NCBI GenBank assembly: GCA_963733035.1 | Contig: CAVTBU010000005.1 | Coordinates: 2,208,001-2,272,000, forward strand | Reading direction: 5' to 3' | Origin: Pirellulales bacterium | GTDB taxonomy: Bacteria > Planctomycetota > Planctomycetia > Pirellulales > PALSA-1355 | Length of the DNA: 64,000 nt | Shown here: in pieces, positions 8,635 to 18,393 of the stretch | Layout of the letters: each line of letters begins with the position of its first letter | Position numbering within the stretch: position 1 is the first letter of the stretch | Made by a program: the position numbers and the translations under genes | The notes under the pieces: generated by a model | What the model was told of the DNA's origin: nothing | What the model saw: the letters and a program-made list of their open reading frames with translations, nothing else | Databases searched by the model: none

Positions 8635-10317
8635 ATGATCATTCCACTTAGACCCAATCGAGTCGATCACGCTCACGTGAACATGGCACCCGGCATGCTC
8701 GCCGCGATTTTCTGTGGATTCGTCATATTCTCGGCCGCACGGGCCGCAGACCTCGATAGCGAACGAGCCTTGATCGAGCGACGCGCCGAACATTTACAGG
8801 CATTGTCGGCTCCGCCGCAGCCGCCGCAGATCAGCGCAGCCGTGCCGCATCCGATCGATCGATTCATCGCGGCCAAATGGCGCGAGTTGCCCCAGTCACC
8901 CGCTGTGGGGCTGTCCGATGACGCCACGTTCCTCCGGCGTGTCTATCTCGACGTCATTGGCGTGATTCCGACGCTCAAGGAAACAAATCACTTCCTGGCC
9001 GCCCGGCCGAGTGCCGAGAAGCGCGAGCAACTCGTCGACGAACTGCTCGCGCGCGACGAGGACTATGCCGCCCATTGGACGACGTTCTGGGAAGACGCCT
9101 TGGCCAGCCAGAACGTGCTGGCTCAGGGCGGTATCCTGACGCGGGGCGATTATCGGGACTGGCTGTTGTCGAGCTTTCGCCGCAATCGGCCGTACGACGT
9201 GATGGTGGCCGAACTGATCGATCCGACGATGCCCGGTCGCAAGGCCGCGCAAACGAAGGACGTGCTGGGCGAGGACTTTTCGATCGAGTATGTGCGCAAC
9301 GAAAACCACAAGGTCACGCTGCAAACGGCAGCCAACGTGGGGCAGGTATTCCTCGGCACGAGCATGAAATGCGCCAGTTGCCACGACCACTTCGAGAACG
9401 CCGAATGGCCGCAGGAACGATTTCTGGCGTTCGCCGGACTGTTCGCGCCTGACGATCTGGAAAAGATACGCTGCGAGTTGAAAACCGGCCAGAAGATCGC
9501 GGCTCGCTTCCCATTTGATTTGCCAGGCGCGCCGAAAGAAGTCCCCGCCGACCTGTCCGCCCGGTTGCACCTGGCGGCGCAGTTGATCACCGACCCTGCC
9601 AATCCCCGCTTCGCCAAGACGATTGTTAACCGTCTGTGGAAGCGCTACCTGGGCCTGGGCCTGTTCGAACCGGCCGACGATTTTCGCCTGGATGTGCCAG
9701 CCAGCCATCCTGAGCTATTGGACTGGTTGGCCCACGACTTTGTTGCCCACGGTTGCGACCTGAAGCATACGATCCGTGTGATTCTCACCAGTCAAACCTA
9801 TCAACTGCGCTACGATCCGAAGCTGGCCGACACATACAACGCCAGCGAGCCGCTGGCTCCCCGCTATTTTCGCTCGCCGGCGCTGCGGCGTTTGACGGCC
9901 GAACAATTGCTCGACAGCATTCGCGTCGCAACCGAGGGAAATATCACTCCGCAGCAGCGAAGCTATCTCGACGCTCGGTCGACTGCGTTGTCGCGAGCCC
10001 TGGGACGGCCAGCTTCACGCAATGAGATCAGCACGGCCCGGCCAGACGACATAGCCGTCGTGCAGTCCCTTGAATTGCTCAACGGCGAGCAACTGCACCA
10101 GATGATCTACGCAGCCGCGCCGCCAGAGGAATTGACACGCCTGGATGAACGGCGCTTGGTCGACCGGCTGTATCGTTGCGTCTTGTCGCGACCCGCTTCG
10201 ACTGACGAAAAGAATGCCGGCCGGGAGTTCTTACAATCGGCCCAATCACCGGACGAAGCAATCGGCGACCTGCTGTGGGCCCTGATCTGCAGTCCCGAGT
10301 TCCAATACCTGCACTAG
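8635..10317 (+). CDS. DUF1549/DUF1553 (PSD1-type) planctomycete protein
   Basis: FLRRVYLDVIG, CASCHDH, NRLWKRYLGLGL, HPELLDWLA and C-terminal LLWALICSPEF. Confidence 0.9.
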   Translation: MIIPLRPNRVDHAHVNMAPGMLAAIFCGFVIFSAARAADLDSERALIERRAEHLQALSAPPQPPQISAAVPHPIDRFIAAKWRELPQSPAVGLSDDATFLRRVYLDVIGVIPTLKETNHFLAARPSAEKREQLVDELLARDEDYAAHWTTFWEDALASQNVLAQGGILTRGDYRDWLLSSFRRNRPYDVMVAELIDPTMPGRKAAQTKDVLGEDFSIEYVRNENHKVTLQTAANVGQVFLGTSMKCASCHDHFENAEWPQERFLAFAGLFAPDDLEKIRCELKTGQKIAARFPFDLPGAPKEVPADLSARLHLAAQLITDPANPRFAKTIVNRLWKRYLGLGLFEPADDFRLDVPASHPELLDWLAHDFVAHGCDLKHTIRVILTSQTYQLRYDPKLADTYNASEPLAPRYFRSPALRRLTAEQLLDSIRVATEGNITPQQRSYLDARSTALSRALGRPASRNEISTARPDDIAVVQSLELLNGEQLHQMIYAAAPPEELTRLDERRLVDRLYRCVLSRPASTDEKNAGREFLQSAQSPDEAIGDLLWALICSPEFQYLH

Positions 10318-10335
10318 TCGTCGCAAACGCACCTG

Positions 10336-11819
10336 ATGAACCATCCTCACTTCAACCGCCGCGACTTTTTGAAGCAATCCGCCGCCGGTGCCGCACTCGC
10401 CGCGCTGGGGCCGAGCATGCTGCGCGGCGCCGATGCGCGTGCGATGCGAGCGGCCGCCAAAGCCGATTCGGTGATCTTCATTTGGCTCCCGGGTGGCGTG
10501 GCGCAGGCCGACACCTGGGACCCCAAGCGATACACGCCCTTCGAACCGGGCATGCGGGGGTCCGATCTACTGGGCACCTGCGAGTCGATTCCCACGTCTG
10601 TCGACGGGCTGCGGTTTGGTGCCGGGTTGGAAAACATGGCCTCGGTCATGCATCACGGCACAGTGCTCCGCAGCTTGACCAACGCCACGAAATTCGGCGC
10701 CGTGCATTTGAAGGCCCAGTACTACATGCTGACCGGCTACCTGTTTCCGGTTGGGCTTAAGGCGCCGAGTCTGGGCGCGGTCGTTGCCCGTACGTTGGGG
10801 CCCAGGCAACCGAACGTGCCGCCGTACATCTACATCGGCCGCGATATCGACACCAGCGATACCGAGAAACAATTCATCAGTGAAGCGATCGGGCCGGGTT
10901 TCTACGGCGTACCGTACGCGCCCTTCATGATTCCCGACGCAACCGCCGGACTTGCGACGCTCAGCGCGGCTGCCGGCATGAGCACCGACCGCCTTGACCG
11001 CCGGATGAAGCTGCTCAACTCGCTGCACGCCATGTCCGACGAACGACTGCGCAACGCGCCCGCGCCGGCGAGTATCTGCAAACCATGGAAGCGGCCCGGG
11101 CAATGATGGATTCTCCGGTCAAGCGGGCATTCAACTATGCCAAGGAAGAGACCGCCGCGACGCTGGCCGCCTACGAGCCGCGGATCGAACGCGATGCGTT
11201 GCTCGACAAGAAGTACTTTCATGGGCGGCGATTCGGTCACGGGCTATTGCTCGCGCGGCGGTTGGTCGAGGCAGGCGCTCGCTTCGTGCAGGTCGAGTAC
11301 CAGTACGGACCGTTCAAGGGTTTTGATATGCACGAGAATGGCCAGCAGCGGATGGTCGAAATGAAAAAGCAAATCGACTCGCCCATTGCGCAGTTGATTC
11401 GCGATCTGGCCGACCGGCGACTTTTGGATCGAACGCTCGTGGTTGTGGCCACTGAATTCGGCCGCACGATTGCCAACCAACCCAAGGCTGGTGTCGAGCC
11501 CGACGGCTTCGCCGAGGAGCAATCCGGGGAAGAGCTGATCCTTGAAGATCAAAAGATGTACGGCTTCCACGGACACTTCTCGAGCGGCAATAGCCTGCTG
11601 TTCTTTGGCGGAGGTTTCAAGCCGGGCTTGGTTTATGGACGCACGGCCGAACGGCACCCGATGCTGCCCATCGAAAATCCGGTTACGCTCGAGGACACCC
11701 ACGCGACGATCTATCGGGCGTTGGGCATCCCCGCCGACACCGCCTATGTGACCGAGGGACGTCCGTTCTACGTGACCAAAGACGGCAAGGGGAAGCCGAT
11801 CGACGGCTTGCTGTCCTAG
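10336..11819 (+). CDS. DUF1501 family Tat-exported protein; one apparent frameshift near 11060
   Basis: RRDFLK and WLPGGVAQADTWDPK in 10336-11106. Continues in ORF 11085-11819 with LLARRLVEAGARFV and TEFGRT. Restoring one base gives NAPRAGEYLQTMEAAR. Confidence 0.85.
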
Positions 11820-12022
11820 CAGGCTCGGTTGCTTATCACCGTTGGCTCCGTGCCGCCAGGGCCCACGTCGCCGGCATAATCGCTAATTGCGTCATGCGCG
11901 GTTTCATAGTGCTATTCCACACAGCGTGCAATTTTGTGCGCGCACTTCCACGAATGCGATCGGCCGACCGATACCGTCGAGAGGGGAGGAACCGACCAAC
12001 TCAGTCAAAGGGAGCCGACGTC

Positions 12023-12928
12023 ATGCGCAGGGTGTTATTGGCGGTCTTGACGGCCGCGGGGGCCACCTGGGGGCTGGCCGAAGAGGCTGGCGCTTTCCAC
12101 CATGTAATCCGCGCTCGTTGCATCGCGTACTATCCGGGGCTTTACTCCTTCGGCTATTGCGGCGCGCCTTGCCCGCCGCCGCCCTATACTTTCCCCTGCA
12201 CCTATAGCTATCCGAAGTACTGCGGGCCGTTCGCCCGTTGTTACGACGGCCGCGTGTATTGCTCGACCGGTTATCGCCGCTGCGGTTTATGTTGCGGTCT
12301 CAGCTGCCGACTCGGCTGCTGTCTTCGCGGTTGCGCTCCGTGTGGTTACGGTTGCGGCTATTCGTGCGGTGGCTGTTGTGGCTGCGGCTCTTGTGGCACA
12401 TGTGATTCATGCGGTGCCGGTGGCGGCTGCGAAAACTGCGATGCCGGCAGCAGCACCGCGACCACGGAAATGGGACGTACGTTCCAGACGAATGAAAAAG
12501 TGCTCTATGACGGTCCCGCTGACAAGGCCCCGGCCAGCAGCGTCCCGCCGCAACCTGAGCCCGATCCGTCGGCTGGCATCTTCCGCCGTCCGTTCCGGCT
12601 GACGTCGCTGAAGTCGCAAGACCGCGACGGCACGAACGACTTCACCCGTGGCATGCGCGCCTATTGGGACGACAATATGACTTTGGCGTTGGACGCGTTT
12701 GAGGCCGCCACGGCTGCCGAACCTCAAAACGCTCTGTACCGCTACTATCAAGCATTGGCAATGTACAACTTGCAGGGCCCGGAGGCGGCCAGCCAGTTCT
12801 TGGCTCAGGCGGTCGAGTTCGAACGCGAGAATCCGATCGCCAACTGGGGCCGCCGGATGGAACGCGTGCAAGGTCGAGCTCGCATCTGGGTGGAACAAGC
12901 CCGCTCTGCGGCTAACGTTGGCGGCTAG
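12023..12928 (+). CDS. Secreted Cys/Gly/Tyr-rich protein with a C-terminal TPR-like domain
   Basis: Signal peptide MRRVLLAV...AEEAGA, 25 Cys in about 110 aa, then a helical segment ALDAFEAATAAEPQNALYRYYQALA. Confidence 0.75.
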   Translation: MRRVLLAVLTAAGATWGLAEEAGAFHHVIRARCIAYYPGLYSFGYCGAPCPPPPYTFPCTYSYPKYCGPFARCYDGRVYCSTGYRRCGLCCGLSCRLGCCLRGCAPCGYGCGYSCGGCCGCGSCGTCDSCGAGGGCENCDAGSSTATTEMGRTFQTNEKVLYDGPADKAPASSVPPQPEPDPSAGIFRRPFRLTSLKSQDRDGTNDFTRGMRAYWDDNMTLALDAFEAATAAEPQNALYRYYQALAMYNLQGPEAASQFLAQAVEFERENPIANWGRRMERVQGRARIWVEQARSAANVGG

Positions 12929-12954
12929 TGCCGGCAGCGTACGAGAAGAAATAA

Positions 12955-12995
12955 AGGCGGGAACGCGGCACCCACCTGGCGTCGCGTTTCCGCCT
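12955..12995. terminator. Probable bidirectional terminator hairpin between convergent genes
   Basis: AGGCGGGAACGCGGCAC/GGCGTCGCGTTTCCGCCT stem with A-rich left and T-rich right flanks. Confidence 0.55.
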
Positions 12996-13008
12996 ATTCG
13001 TTTCGCTG

Positions 13009-13876
13009 TCATTCCGTCGAAGAGGACGTTGGAGCGTCGGGCAAAAATCGCATCAGCAGCCGCTGTTTGTCGGCACCCAAAGAGGCAGCGCGATTAAAGT
13101 ACTTGGCAGCCTGCTCGCGCTGGCCGCCGCAGTACAGTTGGATTCCAAGCGCCAAGGCGATTTCCGCATCCAGCGGATCGATGGCGGCCAAACGCTCCAG
13201 CACTTTGGTGGTCTTTTCGAAATCGCCGGACGTGGAGAGCTTTTCTACCGCCGGCGCCGGTGTGCCGTCGTTGCCGCCGCCAAGTTCGAGCGATTCGAAA
13301 AACTCTTGGCGGGCCGGTCCGTATTTCCGCATCGCCAACATGGCCAGCGCCTGTCGCAAATGCGGTTCCGCCAATTCGGGCGCGGCCCGGGCTGCTCGCT
13401 TATAGCTCGAAATAGCCGCCGCGTAGCGCCGTTTAGCAAACTTGGCATCGCCTTCGTCAAGCGCAGCGCGCGCTTGCGCTAACGCCTCGGAACTGCTGGC
13501 CGTCGGCACCTTCACCGCGTGCTTATCTTCGTCCGGCAGCGCCTGCCGTGGATAATAGTTCCGGCGCGTGGAATAGTTTGGCAAATAGCCACTCATGGTC
13601 GCCGGATAGAATGAGTACGCCATACCCCCAGCCATCCACATGGCCACCGACGCGTGGGCCGACGACCATTGGTGCTGGTAAGAGAACGACGAGGAGCCAT
13701 GCACGGGCAGTGCGGCCGGCATCACCGCTGGCACGGGAAGCGTCGCGGGCGCTGGCAACGGCACGGCGGCTGAAAAAATGTGTCCCGCACCGCCGTGGCC
13801 CTTCACCTGCGCAGGCACCAGCCGCATTGCCTAGCATCATTCCAGCCCCCAGCGCCACGAGAATGCCGTATCGCAT
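13009..13876 (-). CDS. Secreted TPR protein; apparent frameshift near 13823
   Basis: The signal peptide MRYGILVALGAGMMLGNA is in one frame. The body LVPAQVKG... with TPR units (GDAKFAKRRYAAAISSYKRAARAAPE) is in ORF 13009-13827. Confidence 0.7.
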
Positions 13877-14105
13877 GTCCCTGTTCCTTTTGCTCGGGTT
13901 CCGCTTCCTCATTCCTCAGGTTCCGCGGTGCCGCCGCCCGCATTATTTCACTACGGCCGTCGGACTGCAAGAGATTTGCATTTCCCGATCCGCCGCGGGG
14001 AGTTGCCGCAGATCAACGGGCGTGATAGGGTTGCGGAGCCGAACCGCGTTCCTGCCAAGATCATTCCCCAGAGACAATCTCTGCATTCTTCAGGGATCCA
14101 ATGCC

Positions 14106-14822
14106 ATGACTCGCAGCTTGCTTGCCGTAGCCCTTGCGGTTTTCCTGCTTTCTCATTCTGCCGCCGATGAGCCTTCGGGCCTGCCTCGGGCCACGATCGA
14201 TGGGACTGGTCCTGGTTGGCATGCTTTGGGTGAAGCCGATTTTGTGAACGTCAATTGCGATCCCGACACCTGGACCTGGAGCGACGGCGAGGCCCACTGC
14301 ACCGGAACGCCTGTGGGCGTGATCCGCTCGAAGCAACCCATCACGAACTTCGAATTGGTGGCGCAGTGGCGTCATCTCAAGTCGGGTGGTAACTCCGGAA
14401 TCTTCGTATGGGTACCCGAGGCGTCGCTGGCCACGCTCAAACCTGGGCAGCTGCCGCACGGCATCGAAGTGCAAGTTCTCGATCACGGTTACGCCGAGAA
14501 CTACACCAAGCAGACTGGCAAGCCGGCCGACTGGTTCACCACCCACGGCGACGTGTTTCCGGTTGGCAGTTCCGACATGAAGCCGTTCCCGCCGGTCGCG
14601 CCCAACGGCAAACGGAGCTTCCCCTCAAAAAACCTCAGCAAGGGCGTCGGCCAGTGGAACCATTACTACGTCCGCGCTATCAACGGAGAAGTGCGCCTGT
14701 GGGTCAACGGCGAGGAGGTCTCGGGCGGCACCGACTGCAAACCGGCCACCGGTTTTCTCTGTCTCGAGTCGGAAGGCTCGCCGGTGGAGTTCAAGCATCT
14801 TCGGATTCGTGAGCTGCCGTAG
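14106..14822 (+). CDS. DUF1080 (3-keto-disaccharide hydrolase) domain protein
   Basis: Signal peptide, GNSGIF, IEVQVLD, QWNHY, VNG and LESEGSPVEFK. Confidence 0.9.
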   Translation: MTRSLLAVALAVFLLSHSAADEPSGLPRATIDGTGPGWHALGEADFVNVNCDPDTWTWSDGEAHCTGTPVGVIRSKQPITNFELVAQWRHLKSGGNSGIFVWVPEASLATLKPGQLPHGIEVQVLDHGYAENYTKQTGKPADWFTTHGDVFPVGSSDMKPFPPVAPNGKRSFPSKNLSKGVGQWNHYYVRAINGEVRLWVNGEEVSGGTDCKPATGFLCLESEGSPVEFKHLRIRELP

Positions 14823-14975
14823 TGCAGCTCACGTTGCGAATCGTGCAAGGCGATGTTTGCGGCACGGCGCTTGCTGCTCATTACCAACATTGCGACTTCC
14901 TGCTATCCTAAAGCGCAAAGAGCGCGGGGGACGGCGGCGGCGCGCTGGGAGTTGGTTTCCGCGGAGGGGTCCGCC

Positions 14976-16481
14976 ATGCAGCTTACGCCAGGCGATGCGC
15001 ACGACGAGCGATTGCTCGCCCAAGTTCACCCGCCCGATTGGGTAAACCCCTTACCCAGCGGCCGCTACAATCTCGTGGCAATCGGTGGCGGCACCGCGGG
15101 GCTTGTCGCGGCGGTAGGAGCCGCCGGGCTGGGTGCCAAGGTCGCGCTCATCGAACGGCATTTGCTTGGCGGTGACTGCCTCAACTTTGGCTGCGTGCCG
15201 AGCAAGGCCCTGATCCGTAGCGCCCGGGTCGCCCGAGACATGACGGCGGCCGTAACCTATGGATTTCGCGGCACGATTAACGGCCGATTCGACTTCGCCG
15301 CCGTGATGGAGCGAGTTCGCAGTCTTCGCACCGAGATCAGCCACCACGATTCGGCGGCGCGTCTCAAGCAGCTCGGCGTTGACGTGTTTCTCGGGCAGGC
15401 GAGCTTCACAGGCCGCAAGTGCCTTTCCGTGGCTGGCCAGAAGCTCGAATTCAGTCGCGCTGTTATCGCCACTGGCACCCGTCCGCTCGAGCCGCCGGTC
15501 GAAGGTCTCTGTCAACTCGGCTACTTGACCAACGAAACCGTGTTTGAACTCACGGAACTGCCGCGGACATTGATCGTGCTCGGCGGCGGGCCAATCGGCT
15601 GCGAACTGGCCCAGGCGTTTCGGCGTCTGGGAAGCGAAGTGCACCTGATCGACCATCGGCCGCGGATTTTGCCAAAGGAAGATCCCCAAGCCGCTGAAGC
15701 CATACAGAAACGTCTGGAAAGCGAAGGCGTGCACTTGTATCTCGGTTGCCGGGCATCGAGCGCAAAACAACTGGGGCCGTCCAAGTCGCTGGTGATCCAA
15801 CAGGGTGACGAAAAACAAGTGCTCATCGGCGATCAAATCCTGGTTGCCATCGGCCGCCGACCGGCCGTAGAAGGGCTTGAGTTGGCTGCTGCCGGCATTG
15901 AGGCGAACGAACGAGGCGTGGTTGTGAACGATTTCCTGCAAACGACCAACCGCCGCGTCTATGCCGCCGGAGACGTCTGTACCGACGTCCGTTTCACGCA
16001 CGCCGCCGACGCCATGTCTCGCATCGTGCTGCAAAACGCGCTCTTTTTCGGTCGAAAACGCTTCAGTCGCGTGCACATTCCGCGAACGACATTCACCGAG
16101 CCGGAAATCGCCCAGGTGGGGCTGACCGCGGCCGAAGCGCAAGTCCGGGGAATTGCCGTCGACACGTATCGGGCCAACTTGACGGATGTCGATCGGGCGG
16201 TCGTCGATGGCGAGACCGAGGGCTTCGCGGTCGTGCACACGCGGAAGGGAAGCGGCTGTATCGTCGGCGGCACGATCATCGCCCCGCAGGCCGGCGAGAT
16301 GATCGGGGAGCTAACCATGCTTCTAAACCAGAAACAATCGCTGAGCCGCCTGGCCAACACCGTGCATTGCTACCCAACCCAAGTCGAAGTGCTCAAACAC
16401 ATCGCCGACCAATACCAACGCACACGCTTGACGCCCCGTGTGGCCCGGCTTTTCGAGAAGTTATTGGCCTGGAGACGATGA
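14976..16481 (+). CDS. Class I pyridine nucleotide-disulphide oxidoreductase (mercuric-reductase-like family, not true MerA)
   Basis: GGGTAG, GGDCLNFGCVPSK redox disulphide, GGGPIG and YAAGD. No C-terminal Cys-Cys pair. Confidence 0.85.
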   Translation: MQLTPGDAHDERLLAQVHPPDWVNPLPSGRYNLVAIGGGTAGLVAAVGAAGLGAKVALIERHLLGGDCLNFGCVPSKALIRSARVARDMTAAVTYGFRGTINGRFDFAAVMERVRSLRTEISHHDSAARLKQLGVDVFLGQASFTGRKCLSVAGQKLEFSRAVIATGTRPLEPPVEGLCQLGYLTNETVFELTELPRTLIVLGGGPIGCELAQAFRRLGSEVHLIDHRPRILPKEDPQAAEAIQKRLESEGVHLYLGCRASSAKQLGPSKSLVIQQGDEKQVLIGDQILVAIGRRPAVEGLELAAAGIEANERGVVVNDFLQTTNRRVYAAGDVCTDVRFTHAADAMSRIVLQNALFFGRKRFSRVHIPRTTFTEPEIAQVGLTAAEAQVRGIAVDTYRANLTDVDRAVVDGETEGFAVVHTRKGSGCIVGGTIIAPQAGEMIGELTMLLNQKQSLSRLANTVHCYPTQVEVLKHIADQYQRTRLTPRVARLFEKLLAWRR

Positions 16482-16498
16482 GAGGGGGCGATGCGCTC

Positions 16499-17761
16499 CT
16501 AACGCCGAAAGATCCGTTTGGCGTCCTCCAACGCTTGTCCCAACCGTTCAACATCCGCCGTCGTGTTGTACAAATAAAAGCTTGCCCGGCTGCTGGCCGT
16601 GATGCCCAGTCGCTTGTGAAGCGGCATGGCACAGTGGTGGCCGGCTCGGATGGCGACGCCGTGGCGGTCAAGCACTTGCGCGATGTCGTGGGCATGGATC
16701 TTGTCGATCGTGAAACTGACGATGCCGGCCTTGTGCTGCGGATCGGGGCCCAGAAACCGCACGCCGCCAATCGACGAGAGAATCTGGTGCGCCAGCGTGG
16801 TCAACCTCTGTTCGTGCCGTTGGATGGCCGGCATGCCGATCTCGGTGAGGTAGTCAACGGCGGCGCCAAGCCCGATGGCTGGAACGATTGGGGGCGTGCC
16901 GGCCTCGAACTTCGAGGGGAGCTCGGCCGGTTCGAAGCCGGTGGTCGTTACGCGGCGGATCATGCCGCCGCCCCCCATAAAAGGCGGCATCGCTTCGAGC
17001 AGTTCGCGCCGTCCGTATAGCACGCCCACCCCAGTGGGACCGAGCATCTTGTGTCCCGAAAACGCCAAGAAATCCGCATCAAGTCGCATGACATCGGTGA
17101 CGGCATGCGGCGCGCTTTGGGCCGCATCGACCAGCACGACTGCACCGGCCTGATGTGCCCGCGGGATAATTCGGCCCAGTGGGTTCTCCGTGCCCAGCAC
17201 GTTCGACACGGCCGCAATGGCAACGATCCGCGTGCGCGGCGTGAGCATTTGGTCGAGCCTGTCGAGCTGCAATTGCCCGTCGTTCGAGATCGGTAGAAAG
17301 CGGACGACCGCGCCGGTGCGTTCGGCCGCCTGCTGCCAGGGAACGATGTTCGCATGGTGCTCCATCTCGGAGAGTAATATCTCGTCACCGGACCGCAGAT
17401 TGGCGTCGCCCCAACTGCGAGCCACCAGATTGATGCTTTCGGTGGTGCCCCGCGTGAAAATAACCTGTTCGCTCGACGGCGCACCAATAAACGCACCGAC
17501 CTTACCTCGGGCCTGTTCGTAGAGATCGCTCGACTTTTCACTCAGCCAATGGATACCGCGGTGGACGTTGGCATAGTACTTCTCGTAGGTGTCGGTGATC
17601 GTTTGGATTACTTGCCGAGGATGTTGCGTGGTGGCCGCGTTGTCGAGATAGACCAGCGGCACGCCGGGTGCGTCGGCCGAGCCATGCAGCACGGTGCCGA
17701 GAATGGGGAAATCGCGGCGGATGCGCTCGACATCCAGCATTGCCGGTGCGGCAACGTTCAT
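16499..17761 (-). CDS. sufS: SufS-type cysteine desulfurase
   Basis: YLDNAATT, NVHRG, SGHKMLGPTG (PLP Lys) and RAGHHCA (class II catalytic Cys). Confidence 0.93.
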   Translation of the reverse strand: MNVAAPAMLDVERIRRDFPILGTVLHGSADAPGVPLVYLDNAATTQHPRQVIQTITDTYEKYYANVHRGIHWLSEKSSDLYEQARGKVGAFIGAPSSEQVIFTRGTTESINLVARSWGDANLRSGDEILLSEMEHHANIVPWQQAAERTGAVVRFLPISNDGQLQLDRLDQMLTPRTRIVAIAAVSNVLGTENPLGRIIPRAHQAGAVVLVDAAQSAPHAVTDVMRLDADFLAFSGHKMLGPTGVGVLYGRRELLEAMPPFMGGGGMIRRVTTTGFEPAELPSKFEAGTPPIVPAIGLGAAVDYLTEIGMPAIQRHEQRLTTLAHQILSSIGGVRFLGPDPQHKAGIVSFTIDKIHAHDIAQVLDRHGVAIRAGHHCAMPLHKRLGITASSRASFYLYNTTADVERLGQALEDAKRIFRR

Positions 17762-17771
17762 GGCGTGGACC

Positions 17772-18191
17772 TCAATTGCATTCGCCGTCGGCCGGGCCGG
17801 CGTCCGGATTGAGCGGCGAATAGATTGCCGATTGCAGTGCCCGCCAGCAAAGCAGGCAGCATTTTTGGCGATTGGGCGTCAGCTTGGCGCCGAACAGCGA
17901 CAACATGTCGGCAGCCGTGAAGGCACGGATGTCGTCCAGCCGACCGCCACAAATCCGCTCCATCAGCATCGAGGCCGATGCCTGGCTGATGCAGCATCCG
18001 TCGCCACTGAAGTAGGCGTCGCGAATTGTGCTGTCCGGATCGATCGCCAGTTCCACGCGCACCACGTCGCCACAAAGCGGATTCTCATCTTCGTGCGCAT
18101 GCGTGGCCGCCGGACAGTGCCCCCGGTGAAACGGCTCCTCGTAGTGATCGAGTATGCGTTCCTGGTACAGTTCGTCTTCTTTCAACGGCAT
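17772..18191 (-). CDS. sufU: SufU/IscU-like Fe-S assembly protein
   Basis: LYQERILDHY, NPLCGD, GCCISQASAS and RQKC. Directly upstream of sufS. Confidence 0.85.
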   Translation of the reverse strand: MPLKEDELYQERILDHYEEPFHRGHCPAATHAHEDENPLCGDVVRVELAIDPDSTIRDAYFSGDGCCISQASASMLMERICGGRLDDIRAFTAADMLSLFGAKLTPNRQKCCLLCWRALQSAIYSPLNPDAGPADGECN

Positions 18192-18321
18192 ATGCGGAAA
18201 CGGGCGGCCTGCTTCTGACGCCCCTCTTTGAGCTTGTGTGCGAAACAGCACTTCAATCGTAGGGACGATCGGCGAACTCAACAAGTCGGCAATTCCCGGA
18301 TTCCCTGGGATCGCGAAGCAG

Positions 18322-18364
18322 AAAAAAATAATGCCGCTGGCCGCCTTGCAAACGACCAGCGGCA
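18322..18364 (-). terminator. Intrinsic terminator after the cytochrome c peroxidase gene
   Basis: Stem TGCCGCTGGCCG (18332-18343)/CGACCAGCGGCA (18353-18364), followed on the minus strand by TTATTTTTTT. Confidence 0.75.
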
Positions 18365-18393
18365 CCTTGATGTCAGGCAAAACGCGCGGAAAA

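Noticed and set aside
14976..16481. Mercuric reductase MerA / mercury resistance
   Set aside because: No C-terminal Cys-Cys pair, no NmerA domain and no mer genes nearby.
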